DNA from: an uncultured bacterium
GTDB taxonomy: Bacteria; Bdellovibrionota; JACOXK01; 2-02-FULL-40-11
Assembly (NCBI GenBank): GCA_964507905.1
Contig: CAZDSE010000001.1
Coordinates: 1-25,518 of the forward strand
DNA: 25,518 nucleotides
Direction of reading: 5' to 3'
Shown here: positions 16,645 to 25,518 of the stretch, piece by piece
Position numbering within the stretch: the first letter of the stretch is position 1
Layout: each line of letters begins with the position of its first letter
Notes under the pieces: model-generated
Seen by the model: only the letters and a program-made list of their open reading frames with translations
Told to the model about the DNA's origin: nothing
The model's database searches: none
Program-made: the position numbers and the translations under genes

Positions 16645-19600
16645 CTATAACTCCGTAGGTTCGTTGCAGATAAAATAATGATAATATTTGTCATAGTCGG
16701 AAGAGACATCTCTTAGGACAGGCCCAATAATCTTTTCTTTGGGCAGGACATTCCTCCGATGGACCATGATAAAATGCTGTCCTAGATTTGCGACATAGAT
16801 GTGATTCCCATAGGCTCCTACAATTCCCGATCCAAATGAACCTGCGCTTGCCACATTGTAATAAAAAAGATCATTGGTGATGGGAGTCGATTTCCCGGGT
16901 GGAAGCGATGTAAAAAAGTGCTTAAAGAGCCACTCATTGTAGCGAATACTCGCCTGAAATCCAAGAGGTGGAAGCTGGACTGAAGCATCTCTAAATTCAC
17001 AATTTTTGAGTCGATCCCCTTCCCTTTGATATACAATCGAAGGCAATGAACCGTGCCCAATGACGAGTTCGCCTCTCTTAAACGCACCAAAATCGAGTCC
17101 CCGGGTAAAGCTGGTCGCACTGCTGTCGCCCATCCATTCGGTATAGCCAGAGAATTGACTATCTGGAGATCGTGTCAGATCTATGCTTGAAAGAACGACG
17201 AACGTATTTGCATCAAACGCCCGCACACTGGCCCTAGAATGGTAACTCGATCCATCCCATACAGTCACAAAGAGAATCCCATCATCCGTTGCTTCAATAT
17301 TCCCAATTCCTTTAACCAATCTTGGAGCTACGCTTTTTAATGGGATTTCCGCTAAAATATTTCCATTATGATCATAAACATCTATTTTCCCAGCGGTTAC
17401 ATAATGATCAGAATTCATCACCGCATTCACCACATAAATTTTATCTTTAAAAACGGCCAATGACCTCGGCTCATACCCAATCGGAATGACTTTGGGATCA
17501 GCGGAGAGATTGTTCATATTAAAAATCTGTAAGCGTTTATTTTTGGTATCGGATACCCACAAATCCGTATGATCACCCTCTTCAACAAATACCGTGTCTA
17601 TTGGCTCATTAAATTCACCCATATTGGCACCCAATACATTCTTATTCACATTAGACGGATCTATTTTACCAAGCACATATTTGGGCATACAAAAACAGAC
17701 TTCGTTATTGGGCACTGCATAAACGCTGCTACTCCCACCCGGTATGATGCCTCCATAAAATGTCTGATAAACTGGCTGATTGGATTTTTCCAAACATTCT
17801 TTTTTATCAAAAATTTGAATCCGATGATTGTAGCGATCAGCAACACCAATATATTTAGAATTGATACTGATTTTTCCGGCTTCCCCTGCTCCCGGAATAG
17901 ACGCTTGGTTATTCGTAATGGCCCATGATTTCGGAATGGATGCTTGGCTCGCACCTCCCGAGACCAAAGAAAACTTCTGGGGTTCCCAGTACACTTCAAA
18001 ATTAGGCCGCATTTGAGGGCTCAGTCTAAAAAATCCTTTCCGACTCAAAACTTCATTATAATAGCTGTCTTCTGTTTCTCCATATTGCTTGGGATGATAA
18101 CACCCAATAAATCCGCTAAAAAAAGTCGGAGCCGGATCGCCCCAAGCCTTTCCACTGCTCACGGTAAACTCTGCATTGGCTTTGGCTTGGGCCCCACTTA
18201 TATCTGTAACCACGAGTTCTACTTTATAAATTCCTGCGACATTGGGGACATAGGTCACTTGATTGCCAGTGGATTGTAACGATTGTTTGACGCCACCGGG
18301 TAATTCAATGGACCACGTAGAGGTCACCGCATCCCCATCGGGATCCAATATAGTGCCTTTCATTTTCACTTCGCCCAATGTTTCTATTTCACCCAGCGGA
18401 TCTAAAACAATCGCCGCTGTTGGAGGTCTCGATTGAATTCTAAAGTTTTGAGATTTGGTTTCGGTGGCTTCTCCATCGCTAACCGCCACAGATACTGCAA
18501 ATGATCCGTAATCTGAACCCGTCATTTTTGAATTGAGGGCCTCACTATTTTCAAGAGTCGCTCCACCACTGACCATCCAACTAAAGGTCAGCTGATCATT
18601 ATCAATATTTTGAACAGGGATCCCCAATGTATATGATGCTCCTTTTAAGAGTCTCGCCAACCCTTCGATGATATCCACTTTGGGATCAAAAGAAATCTCT
18701 CCCAGCTTGGGCGCTGCATTCACAACCGTAAAGCTCGACAACTGAGATACCTCCAAGCCTTGTTCGTCTTTTACGATGAGTGTAAACGGAATGGGACCTT
18801 TTTGTTGAGGTGTAAAAGTCACTGATTTTCCCTTCAGTGATTCGTTCAGCACACTTAATTTCCATTCAATAGTTAGCTTATCCACTGTGCTTTCAAGATC
18901 TTGAACATCTGCGGTTAATGTTGCAAGCTGTCCTTTATATATGGCGTCCGGTTGGGCCAGAATGCCTGTAATTTTTGGGGCATGATTTTCCACGCGAAAG
19001 GATTGAACGACAGACTGAGTTTGTCCCCCTTGAGGATCTTTGACAATCAATCTCAATTCATGATCTCCAAAGTCCGATATGATAAAGATGACATTTTCAG
19101 ATAAATTTTTTGTTTTTAATTCAATGACTCCATTGGGTTTGATCAATTGCCATTCGCAGGTCAATGCATCTAAATCCAAATCTGATGCAATGCATTGCGC
19201 GTCGATCGGTTTATTAAAAATAATGGGTTCGGTGAGAAGTTTAATCTGGGCATTCGCAGGATCTCTGTTTTGCGTCGCAAATTTTGTTTCAGTCGATGCA
19301 CTATCCATTGAATCTGTCACCTTGAGCTTAATGACGTATTCACCATACGATGGAGGCATAAAAATAGGCTCAGCGACTTTTAATGTCTCAAGCCGCAAAG
19401 TCCCCTTCCACACCTCCCATGCATATTGGAGTGTATCTGAGTCTGGATCCAATGCATCAGATGACAAACTCACTTGTTGGCCCACCATATACGGAGATGT
19501 TTTGGCATAAATTTGAGTTAACGTGACCGACTTATTCAGAGTCGTAAAAGATGCTATTCGTTCAGATTTCGCCCCTTGGGCATCGGTTAAAATGAGTTTA

Positions 19601-22452
19601 ACATCATATTTTCCTTTGGAAGAAATTTCAAATCGGGGACTTTCCATTATTTTTTGATCCGTTTTTAAAATTTCTGCACCCAAGCTGTCTTTGACACTCC
19701 ACGCATAGACGAGAGAGTCTTTTTCCAAATCATCTACTTGGGCACTTAAAGTTAAAAAGTCATTTAAGTAAATCGCTGTCGGATCCATTTTAATTCCCGT
19801 AATCACCGGAGCGGCATTATCAACCATGATGGACTTTGACTGACCAACGGTATCAAATGAATCGGTCACCTTGAGCTCAATATGATAAGATTTTCGTTCT
19901 GGAATCTCAAACTCTCCCATTTTTCCGCTCAAAGATTTAATCACTTGATCTTGATCATCCAATAAGTTCCATTCATATGAAATGAGTGCCACTTGACGAA
20001 TATCCGGATCTGAAGCGGTTGCACTCAGAGTCACTTTCCCGCCTTGATTCACATGCAAAGGAGTTACACTCATCGACTCAATGACTGGTTTTCGATTGAG
20101 AACATCTATTGAAATGATGTCTGGCGCACTGTCGCTCTCTCCATCATTCACCACCAATGACACATTATAATGACCGGGTTCTATGGCTTTAAAGATGGGA
20201 CTGGATGATGTCGAATCTGCTCTAGAGAGAGAGGCTTTGTCAGAATCCACTTTCCACATAAATTTACTGATGCCACTATCACTCCTGGCTTGAGCGGCAA
20301 TGACCACTCCTTCATCAATAAATGCGGCCGATTTTGCCGATGTCAAAGAGGTTATTTCAGGTGGACGATTATCGACAGCAATGGACGCATGCGATGGATC
20401 GCTTTTGGATACTCCATCTGAAACAATGAGCTCCACATTGTATGTCCCCTTATGGGTGGGCAAAAAACTTAACTGTGATTTTATTTCGTCAACACCCAGC
20501 GCCACTGATGATCCCGAGGGTTGATTGATGAGCTGCCACTTATATGTCAGCCGCCCTTGGTCCTCAGTATCCGTATCATAACTCTTCGTTCCATCTAATT
20601 TAACAAGCTCTCGACCCACCATAGTGGTTGGCGATGCACTTGCAACGGCCACAGGTTTTTCATTCGCCACATGAACTTCTCTGTGATCCTCTGAAAATCC
20701 AAAACCATCGGTCACGCTCAAAATAATGTCATAGGTTCCGGATTGAACCACCTCAAAAGAGTTTTCAATACCTTGTAATTCTATTAAATCTCCACCAGGC
20801 TTTTTAATTTTCCACGAGGTCGACAACTGATCTCCATCTGGATCATCTTCGGTCAAACTTTGAAGACGAATTTTAGAAAAAATATGAGCCTCTTCGGGTG
20901 TGACTGAGGCAATGGCTTTGGGAGGCCTATTTTCTAAGTAAAGTGTCACGGGTTCACTTCGAACAATGGTATCTCCATCGGACACCGTCAGACGAACCTC
21001 ATATGAAGATTTTTTTGAAAAGGAGATATCCATTTCGACGCCAGATTTTGACGACACCATACTCCCATCTTCCTTATCCCGGATTTCCCATTGATGGGTG
21101 AGTGGATCTCCATCCAAATCAGCTCCCCCATGGCTAAACAAATGAAAAACTTCTCCAACTGATCCTTTGAGGGGAACAGCCAGAATGATGGCCCGCGGGG
21201 ATTGGTTTATAATTCTGATACTATCTTCTTTTGTTGTTTTTCCGCCCAATCCATCTGAAACTTCTAATTTAATTTTTTGGGTTTTCTTGGTTGCCACCGT
21301 GTAGCTAGATTCTTTGCCTTCTAGCGTTTTTTCGCCATCATTGATGACCCATTTGACGTTAAACTCATCCCCATCCGGATCTGTACTTCCTCTGGCATCC
21401 AGATGAATTATTCGACCCACTGTGGCTTCTTTGACATCCATCTTAAGATCCGCCACTGGATTTCGATTGATCACGGTTAGTTTTAAAATGCTGGATGCAA
21501 CCACCGCTGTGCCATCGGTGACTGCTGCTTGGATTTCATATTTTCCCCGTTTGGTGGCTTTAAAATGTTGCTTTTCTCCCGAGAGATCTAAAGCAAACTC
21601 CTTTAAATCATCTATCCCTTTAATTTTCCACGTGGTGCTCAATATATCCCCATCGAGATCAAAGGGCTGCGAGAGACTGAAATCGACGGTATCATCTAAG
21701 GTTGCGGAGAACCGATTCATAATCGCTTTAAATGTCGGAGCTGAATTGATAATCTCAATTTCTTTTTCGACAATATCGGATTGCGATTCACCGTCTGACA
21801 CCAAAAGCTGAATTTTATATTCCCCTTTTTTGTCGGCTTTAAAGGAAGTCTGAGCGACTGATGTGCTCGCCAGTTCAGTTTTGGATCCATCGGGTCTTTG
21901 TAAATTCCAAGAAAAATATAACCTGTCTTGATCTGGATCAGAACTTTTGGAGCCGTCTATTTGAAAAACAGACCCGACAATTGGAGTTTGAATTTTGGAA
22001 ATTTCCATCATTGCTATGGGGACTCTATTTTTGACTCGAATGGTAATGGGAATAGGCTTTGATGTATGTTTTCCTGCTTTTGCTACGAGCCACGCCACAT
22101 AGGTTCCCTTTTTATCTGGAACAAATACGGGATTTGCAAACTTCGCATCATTTAAAATACTGCCGGATTCTTCCGGTGCAATGAGTCTCCATTCGTACGT
22201 AATATTTTTTTGAGGAAGTTTCCCTGCGTAAATTTGGACCGAATCTCCTGGCTTAACTTCTTCGCTGTTTTCCACATAAGGAGAAACATTGTCCAAAACG
22301 GATGGGCCAATTTCTTCTTCGGCTGTTTTTGTTTGAGGAGCCTCAGATGAACTCGTGCCCTTGTCTTTTCCGCATCCTTGCCAGGTAATTGCAAAAAATA
22401 CAACAATAAGAACGAGATTAAATTTCATCCACAAACGTTCCACTGATTTCAA
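16645..22452 (-). CDS. Large (1935 aa) predicted lipoprotein with 15 tandem PKD-like Ig domains and a C-terminal NHL-like beta-propeller region
   Basis: Signal MKFNLVLIVVFFAITWQG-C (likely ATG start at 22428). Repeats follow N-x-x-P-x-A...DPDGD.L.Y.W...G.Y.V.L.V.DG (~18151-22306). Head has GVADRYNHRIQIF, WVSDTKNKRLQIF and YVANLGQHFIMV. Confidence 0.85.
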   Translation of the reverse strand: MKSVERLWMKFNLVLIVVFFAITWQGCGKDKGTSSSEAPQTKTAEEEIGPSVLDNVSPYVENSEEVKPGDSVQIYAGKLPQKNITYEWRLIAPEESGSILNDAKFANPVFVPDKKGTYVAWLVAKAGKHTSKPIPITIRVKNRVPIAMMEISKIQTPIVGSVFQIDGSKSSDPDQDRLYFSWNLQRPDGSKTELASTSVAQTSFKADKKGEYKIQLLVSDGESQSDIVEKEIEIINSAPTFKAIMNRFSATLDDTVDFSLSQPFDLDGDILSTTWKIKGIDDLKEFALDLSGEKQHFKATKRGKYEIQAAVTDGTAVVASSILKLTVINRNPVADLKMDVKEATVGRIIHLDARGSTDPDGDEFNVKWVINDGEKTLEGKESSYTVATKKTQKIKLEVSDGLGGKTTKEDSIRIINQSPRAIILAVPLKGSVGEVFHLFSHGGADLDGDPLTHQWEIRDKEDGSMVSSKSGVEMDISFSKKSSYEVRLTVSDGDTIVRSEPVTLYLENRPPKAIASVTPEEAHIFSKIRLQSLTEDDPDGDQLSTSWKIKKPGGDLIELQGIENSFEVVQSGTYDIILSVTDGFGFSEDHREVHVANEKPVAVASASPTTMVGRELVKLDGTKSYDTDTEDQGRLTYKWQLINQPSGSSVALGVDEIKSQLSFLPTHKGTYNVELIVSDGVSKSDPSHASIAVDNRPPEITSLTSAKSAAFIDEGVVIAAQARSDSGISKFMWKVDSDKASLSRADSTSSSPIFKAIEPGHYNVSLVVNDGESDSAPDIISIDVLNRKPVIESMSVTPLHVNQGGKVTLSATASDPDIRQVALISYEWNLLDDQDQVIKSLSGKMGEFEIPERKSYHIELKVTDSFDTVGQSKSIMVDNAAPVITGIKMDPTAIYLNDFLTLSAQVDDLEKDSLVYAWSVKDSLGAEILKTDQKIMESPRFEISSKGKYDVKLILTDAQGAKSERIASFTTLNKSVTLTQIYAKTSPYMVGQQVSLSSDALDPDSDTLQYAWEVWKGTLRLETLKVAEPIFMPPSYGEYVIKLKVTDSMDSASTETKFATQNRDPANAQIKLLTEPIIFNKPIDAQCIASDLDLDALTCEWQLIKPNGVIELKTKNLSENVIFIISDFGDHELRLIVKDPQGGQTQSVVQSFRVENHAPKITGILAQPDAIYKGQLATLTADVQDLESTVDKLTIEWKLSVLNESLKGKSVTFTPQQKGPIPFTLIVKDEQGLEVSQLSSFTVVNAAPKLGEISFDPKVDIIEGLARLLKGASYTLGIPVQNIDNDQLTFSWMVSGGATLENSEALNSKMTGSDYGSFAVSVAVSDGEATETKSQNFRIQSRPPTAAIVLDPLGEIETLGEVKMKGTILDPDGDAVTSTWSIELPGGVKQSLQSTGNQVTYVPNVAGIYKVELVVTDISGAQAKANAEFTVSSGKAWGDPAPTFFSGFIGCYHPKQYGETEDSYYNEVLSRKGFFRLSPQMRPNFEVYWEPQKFSLVSGGASQASIPKSWAITNNQASIPGAGEAGKISINSKYIGVADRYNHRIQIFDKKECLEKSNQPVYQTFYGGIIPGGSSSVYAVPNNEVCFCMPKYVLGKIDPSNVNKNVLGANMGEFNEPIDTVFVEEGDHTDLWVSDTKNKRLQIFNMNNLSADPKVIPIGYEPRSLAVFKDKIYVVNAVMNSDHYVTAGKIDVYDHNGNILAEIPLKSVAPRLVKGIGNIEATDDGILFVTVWDGSSYHSRASVRAFDANTFVVLSSIDLTRSPDSQFSGYTEWMGDSSATSFTRGLDFGAFKRGELVIGHGSLPSIVYQREGDRLKNCEFRDASVQLPPLGFQASIRYNEWLFKHFFTSLPPGKSTPITNDLFYYNVASAGSFGSGIVGAYGNHIYVANLGQHFIMVHRRNVLPKEKIIGPVLRDVSSDYDKYYHYFICNEPTEL

Positions 22453-22457
22453 CCCTC

Positions 22458-24530
22458 TTATTCTAAGACAAATTCTCCCTCTGTATCAAAATTTAAATCT
22501 TGTTTCCATTGATCCGGATCAAATGTCACCGGAGGAATACCGGCCGTAAATTCTGCGACTTGATCTTTATCCGCTCTCAAATGAATCACATTGCCTTGAG
22601 ATCGCATATGGAGTTTTAAAATATTTAAAAGATTACTGACTTCTGTGATGTGTTCTGTATCTTTGGAAGTGTAATAGGTACGACTATCCAGAATAAACCG
22701 ACCTTTTACATCCACACCATTGATCAATGGAAGGGAGCTTAAAGCAACATTATTTTCTATAATATACGAAATTTTTTGATTATTCTTCGTAAAGCCGAGA
22801 TTTATAAGATGCATTCCATTCATAAACACATTGTTTTTAATGAGTCTCAACCCTTGATCATAATTCCCTTGTAAAAACGCTGTTCTAAACGTATCAAAAC
22901 AGTTGTTTTGAACCACAATCACTGGCTTTTCCCATTCAATCGCTATTTTTTGATTCCACTTTTCCCCAGCATCATGCGTCCGAATGGGGATGCGCACATT
23001 TTTAAAGTGATTGTTTTGGATAACAATATCGAGATCATTCTCACTGGGTCCAATCATCTCATATTCATTGTCATATGTGTTGGGCCAACCTCCTAAAAAC
23101 TTAAGTCCATGAATCGTCACATGAGATACATAGTGGGCCATCGCAAAAATAACGGCCTGCCCATGCGCTTGTTTTAAAATGGGGATAAATCCGTCTCTTG
23201 CTCGAATGATCAATCGTTTATTCAGTGTATTATCCTGCCAATGATTAATCAGGGGTATATAGACTGCTGAAGTAAAATCATATTGAGAATTATCTTGAAT
23301 CTCGATCACAAAATCTTCCAACAAGTGGGGTTTTGTATCGATTAAATTGTGAGCGGGCAAATAAGTGGTCAACTGGGCAACTGCATCTTTTAAATGTGAA
23401 AAGCGATTGGGACAATCTGGACTGGGTACAATGTCTTTGGCCACAATAAACGCATTTTCTTGATCCTGACTACATTCAATATCCTTATAATAATGAAGAT
23501 CAAATCCAGGCTGTGGGAGTTTTGGAATATCCGCACAAGAAGTGATTGTGGCTACGCCAGTGCCTGTGCCACCTCCAGTACTTGTCCCACCACCAGTGTC
23601 AGTTCCTCCACCAGTCCCGGTACCAGTCCCTGTCCCACCACCATCGCCAGTTCCTGTCCCACCACCAGTGTCTGTTCCGCCACCAGTCCCTGTTCCACCG
23701 CCGTCATTAATAATCGGCGCGTCAATTGAAATATTGACAGAGGCGTAATGTGCCCCATCATGTGACACAATAAAAATGTTGGCCATCCCCGGGAAATCTC
23801 CTGGCAGCAAATGAAATTTAATTCGCCCTTCTTTTGAAGAAATCAAAGATCCCTCAATAATCTCACCTCGAGAAGATATCACGACAAATTCTTTATCTTG
23901 TGAAATTCCCAAATCATCAGACTCAAATTCAAAAGCGCTTTTAGACCCGGCCACGAGCGATCCAGACGTTACGGCATGAATGGCTCTGGGCTCGCGAACT
24001 GAAAAAACAAATGTTTGATTCCCGGGAACCTTTGTCCCTTGAATTCCAAACATTGCCCCCAAAAATGTAATGGATAAACTTTCTTCACTTGAAACTTGAT
24101 CTGGTAAAAAGCCAAGTCTTAATTCTTTTCGATCTCCTTTGAGTACGGTGATGGGCGAAATCTTACTCCCATCACTGGCCCGTAAAACTTCGATCCCCTC
24201 ATCAAGAGTACTTTCCTCGGGAAATTCATTGGCCATAAAGAAAATGAGTTTGGAGTTGGATGGGAAATAAAATACTTTTTCCATTTGTTCTTTGGCACCC
24301 AGACTTAAAATCTCAACCGGCATAACCACCTGTCCACTCATTTCATCAAAAAAACCACCGTATGACACATTCAACACTTCTTTTAAACTCTGCTGCTCAT
24401 CCGATTCTTGAGTGGCAGTGACCGTCGCGGGAGACTCACTCCCCTTGTCCTTTCCGCAAGACACAACAAGACTCACCATTAAAATATAAACATAAAAAAT
24501 AATTTTCTTGTGCATTGAAGACTTCATCAT
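22458..24530 (-). CDS. 690-aa predicted lipoprotein: Ig-like domains, Gly/Thr linker and a right-handed parallel beta-helix (pectin-lyase-like) domain
   Basis: Signal ...ILMVSLVVS-C25. IVAKD...F..LKDAV, LIIRARDG.IP.L and VTIHGLKF motifs, plus asparagine-ladder repeats IQNNHF, VQNNCF, IKNNVF, IENNVA. Confidence 0.7.
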   Translation of the reverse strand: MMKSSMHKKIIFYVYILMVSLVVSCGKDKGSESPATVTATQESDEQQSLKEVLNVSYGGFFDEMSGQVVMPVEILSLGAKEQMEKVFYFPSNSKLIFFMANEFPEESTLDEGIEVLRASDGSKISPITVLKGDRKELRLGFLPDQVSSEESLSITFLGAMFGIQGTKVPGNQTFVFSVREPRAIHAVTSGSLVAGSKSAFEFESDDLGISQDKEFVVISSRGEIIEGSLISSKEGRIKFHLLPGDFPGMANIFIVSHDGAHYASVNISIDAPIINDGGGTGTGGGTDTGGGTGTGDGGGTGTGTGTGGGTDTGGGTSTGGGTGTGVATITSCADIPKLPQPGFDLHYYKDIECSQDQENAFIVAKDIVPSPDCPNRFSHLKDAVAQLTTYLPAHNLIDTKPHLLEDFVIEIQDNSQYDFTSAVYIPLINHWQDNTLNKRLIIRARDGFIPILKQAHGQAVIFAMAHYVSHVTIHGLKFLGGWPNTYDNEYEMIGPSENDLDIVIQNNHFKNVRIPIRTHDAGEKWNQKIAIEWEKPVIVVQNNCFDTFRTAFLQGNYDQGLRLIKNNVFMNGMHLINLGFTKNNQKISYIIENNVALSSLPLINGVDVKGRFILDSRTYYTSKDTEHITEVSNLLNILKLHMRSQGNVIHLRADKDQVAEFTAGIPPVTFDPDQWKQDLNFDTEGEFVLE
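23559..23705 (-). repeat. Gly/Thr low-complexity linker built of 6-aa units (GGGTGT / GGGTDT / GGGTST)
   Basis: Degenerate 18-nt repeats, e.g. CCACCACCAGTGTC occurring twice. Confidence 0.9.
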
Positions 24531-24579
24531 CTTTTCTTCTCGTCGACCTTAGCTCCAGCAAACGTTCTACATATTTCTA

Positions 24580-24608
24580 ATTATACCACGGTTTATCTGA
24601 AATCAAAG
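24580..24608 (-). promoter_or_regulatory. Extended -10 sigma70 promoter for the 690-aa/1935-aa operon
   Basis: Minus strand reads TGgTATAAT (24588-24580), a perfect extended -10, 50 nt upstream of ATG 24530. The -35 position reads CTTTGA (poor). Confidence 0.7.
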
Positions 24609-24615
24609 ACTTTGA
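24603..24615. promoter_or_regulatory. 13-bp palindrome TCAAAG-A-CTTTGA overlapping the -35 position; candidate operator
   Basis: Perfect 6-bp arms with a 1-nt centre. Confidence 0.4.
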
Positions 24616-24685
24616 ACGAGAAATTTTCGTCGAAAACATGGTCCTTCCAAATTATAAAAATTTAATGAGTTTCTCACTTTTCCCT

Positions 24686-24711
24686 ATTTTCCGAGCAATA
24701 GCTCGGAAAAT
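24686..24711. promoter_or_regulatory. 26-bp perfect inverted repeat of unknown role
   Basis: ATTTTCCGAGC-AATA-GCTCGGAAAAT, 11-bp arms. No 3' U-tract on either strand. Confidence 0.5.
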
Positions 24712-24849
24712 CTGGCCTTACCCCTGATGTGAACCCCGTTTAGACAGGGCACCCTAACTCTTGTATAAAGTCAGAAAAGATATTGCCTCAAAGCCTTACG
24801 GTCCGGTTTTAAGCTTTAAGGAATCTGGTTTTAAATTTTTCTTAATAGC

Positions 24850-25167
24850 TTATTGGACGTTCAAATGTAATATGGTCTCCGATTGCTGCGTAGAGTCTAA
24901 ATTGGTTGCTTTAAATTTAAGTTCATAGGATTTTTGCCCTTTAAATTCATAATAAAGCTGAGGGAGCTCAAAAAAACCAGGAACTTCTTCGATCACACTT
25001 CCTTGGACCACTCCCCCAACAATGGGATATGACTTCACCACACTCTCAGATTCTTGAGCTAAGTTTCCATCTAAAAACCATTGATAATGAAATCGATGGC
25101 TTGGATTAACCCTCCCAAAAAGCGATATGGTGTATTTAGATTCTGGTGAAAAAGTGGTGATTGATTT
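24850..25167 (-). pseudogene. Start-less 105-codon open frame encoding a PKD/Ig-like domain (gene remnant)
   Basis: The frame is open from 25167 (after TAA 25170-25168) to the stop at 24850: ...RFHYQWFLDG...YELKFKATN...ETILHLNVQ*, resembling the PKD units of the 1935-aa protein. The only start codon (GTG 25041) lies mid-domain. Confidence 0.45.
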
Positions 25168-25180
25168 TTAAAATTAGAAA

Positions 25181-25518
25181 CTACGGATTAACCGGTGTTA
25201 AGATCTGGATTCGATAGTTCGCCGGATCGGAGATAATAATTTCATTTTTTGGGCCGAAGGAAGCAAAGGGCCTAATATTAAGAGACCTTACAGACCCATA
25301 AAATTCCTCCATTCCTCGATATTCTCCCATCTGCCCTAACGCAACTCCTTGCTCACCGAATGAAAGAATAGATTCTCCGGTCGGAGAATAAACATGCCCA
25401 AAATATCGATCATTTATGCCAAGCTCAGACTGAAACACCAACACATGGCCCAGAGGACCAATGTCAATCCAAGATTTTGTATAAGAACTATCTGATTTTT
25501 GAATTTCAAACTCATCAA
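25181..25518 (-). CDS. C-terminal end of an NHL-repeat protein (5' end outside the window)
   Basis: The frame stays open to the window edge (DEFEIQKSDSSYTKSWIDIGPLGHVL...). SFGEQGVALGQM and IIISDPANYRIQIL match NHL consensus FG..G...GQF / I.V.D..N.RIQVF. Confidence 0.75.
   Translation of the reverse strand, partial: DEFEIQKSDSSYTKSWIDIGPLGHVLVFQSELGINDRYFGHVYSPTGESILSFGEQGVALGQMGEYRGMEEFYGSVRSLNIRPFASFGPKNEIIISDPANYRIQILTPVNP

Noticed and set aside
713-22549. The remaining short (60-143 aa) ORFs overlapping the long genes
   Set aside because: All are antisense or alternate-frame to well-supported CDSs and have no recognisable motifs.
23460-23770. Pro/Val-rich ORFs at 23542-23748 (+), 23460-23729 (+) and 23552-23770 (-)
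   Set aside because: These are antisense or alternate-frame shadows of the Gly/Thr repeat.
24686-24711. Intrinsic terminator
   Set aside because: The stem is followed by an A-run, not a U-run, on both strands.
1-25518. CRISPR array, tRNA/rRNA, IS or integrase
   Set aside because: No regularly spaced repeat-spacer pattern, cloverleaf, rRNA signature or DDE/tyrosine-recombinase motif was seen; intergenic space is small.

Overview
AT-rich bacterial chromosomal window. The taxon cannot be fixed from sequence alone; giant Cys/Asp-rich lipoproteins and the S2P-trpS-scpA-scpB gene order would fit a deltaproteobacteria/Bdellovibrionota-like diderm (inference). Left part (1-8.3 kb): a putative toxin-antitoxin-like pair (partial ORF plus DUF6036-like nucleotidyltransferase); leuS, broken by an apparent ~13-nt deletion just after KMSKS and carrying an 89-bp GC-rich nested palindrome in frame in its editing-domain loop; a divergent pdaD-speB (Arg->agmatine->putrescine) operon ending in a GcvH-like protein whose lipoyl Lys is replaced by Glu; and the S2P-trpS-scpA-scpB operon, with a partly duplicated REP-like element filling the gap before trpS. 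Right part (8.4-25.5 kb): a co-oriented cluster of large predicted lipoproteins built as anchor-stalk-head. These are a 2708-aa Ig/CHB_HEX_C + thrombospondin-3 protein with a ~400-aa internal duplication, a 1935-aa protein with 15 PKD-like domains and an NHL-like head, and a 690-aa Ig + Gly/Thr linker + beta-helix protein. Upstream of them lie a start-less PKD-like fragment and the end of another NHL protein. No rRNA, tRNA, CRISPR array, transposase or integrase was seen.
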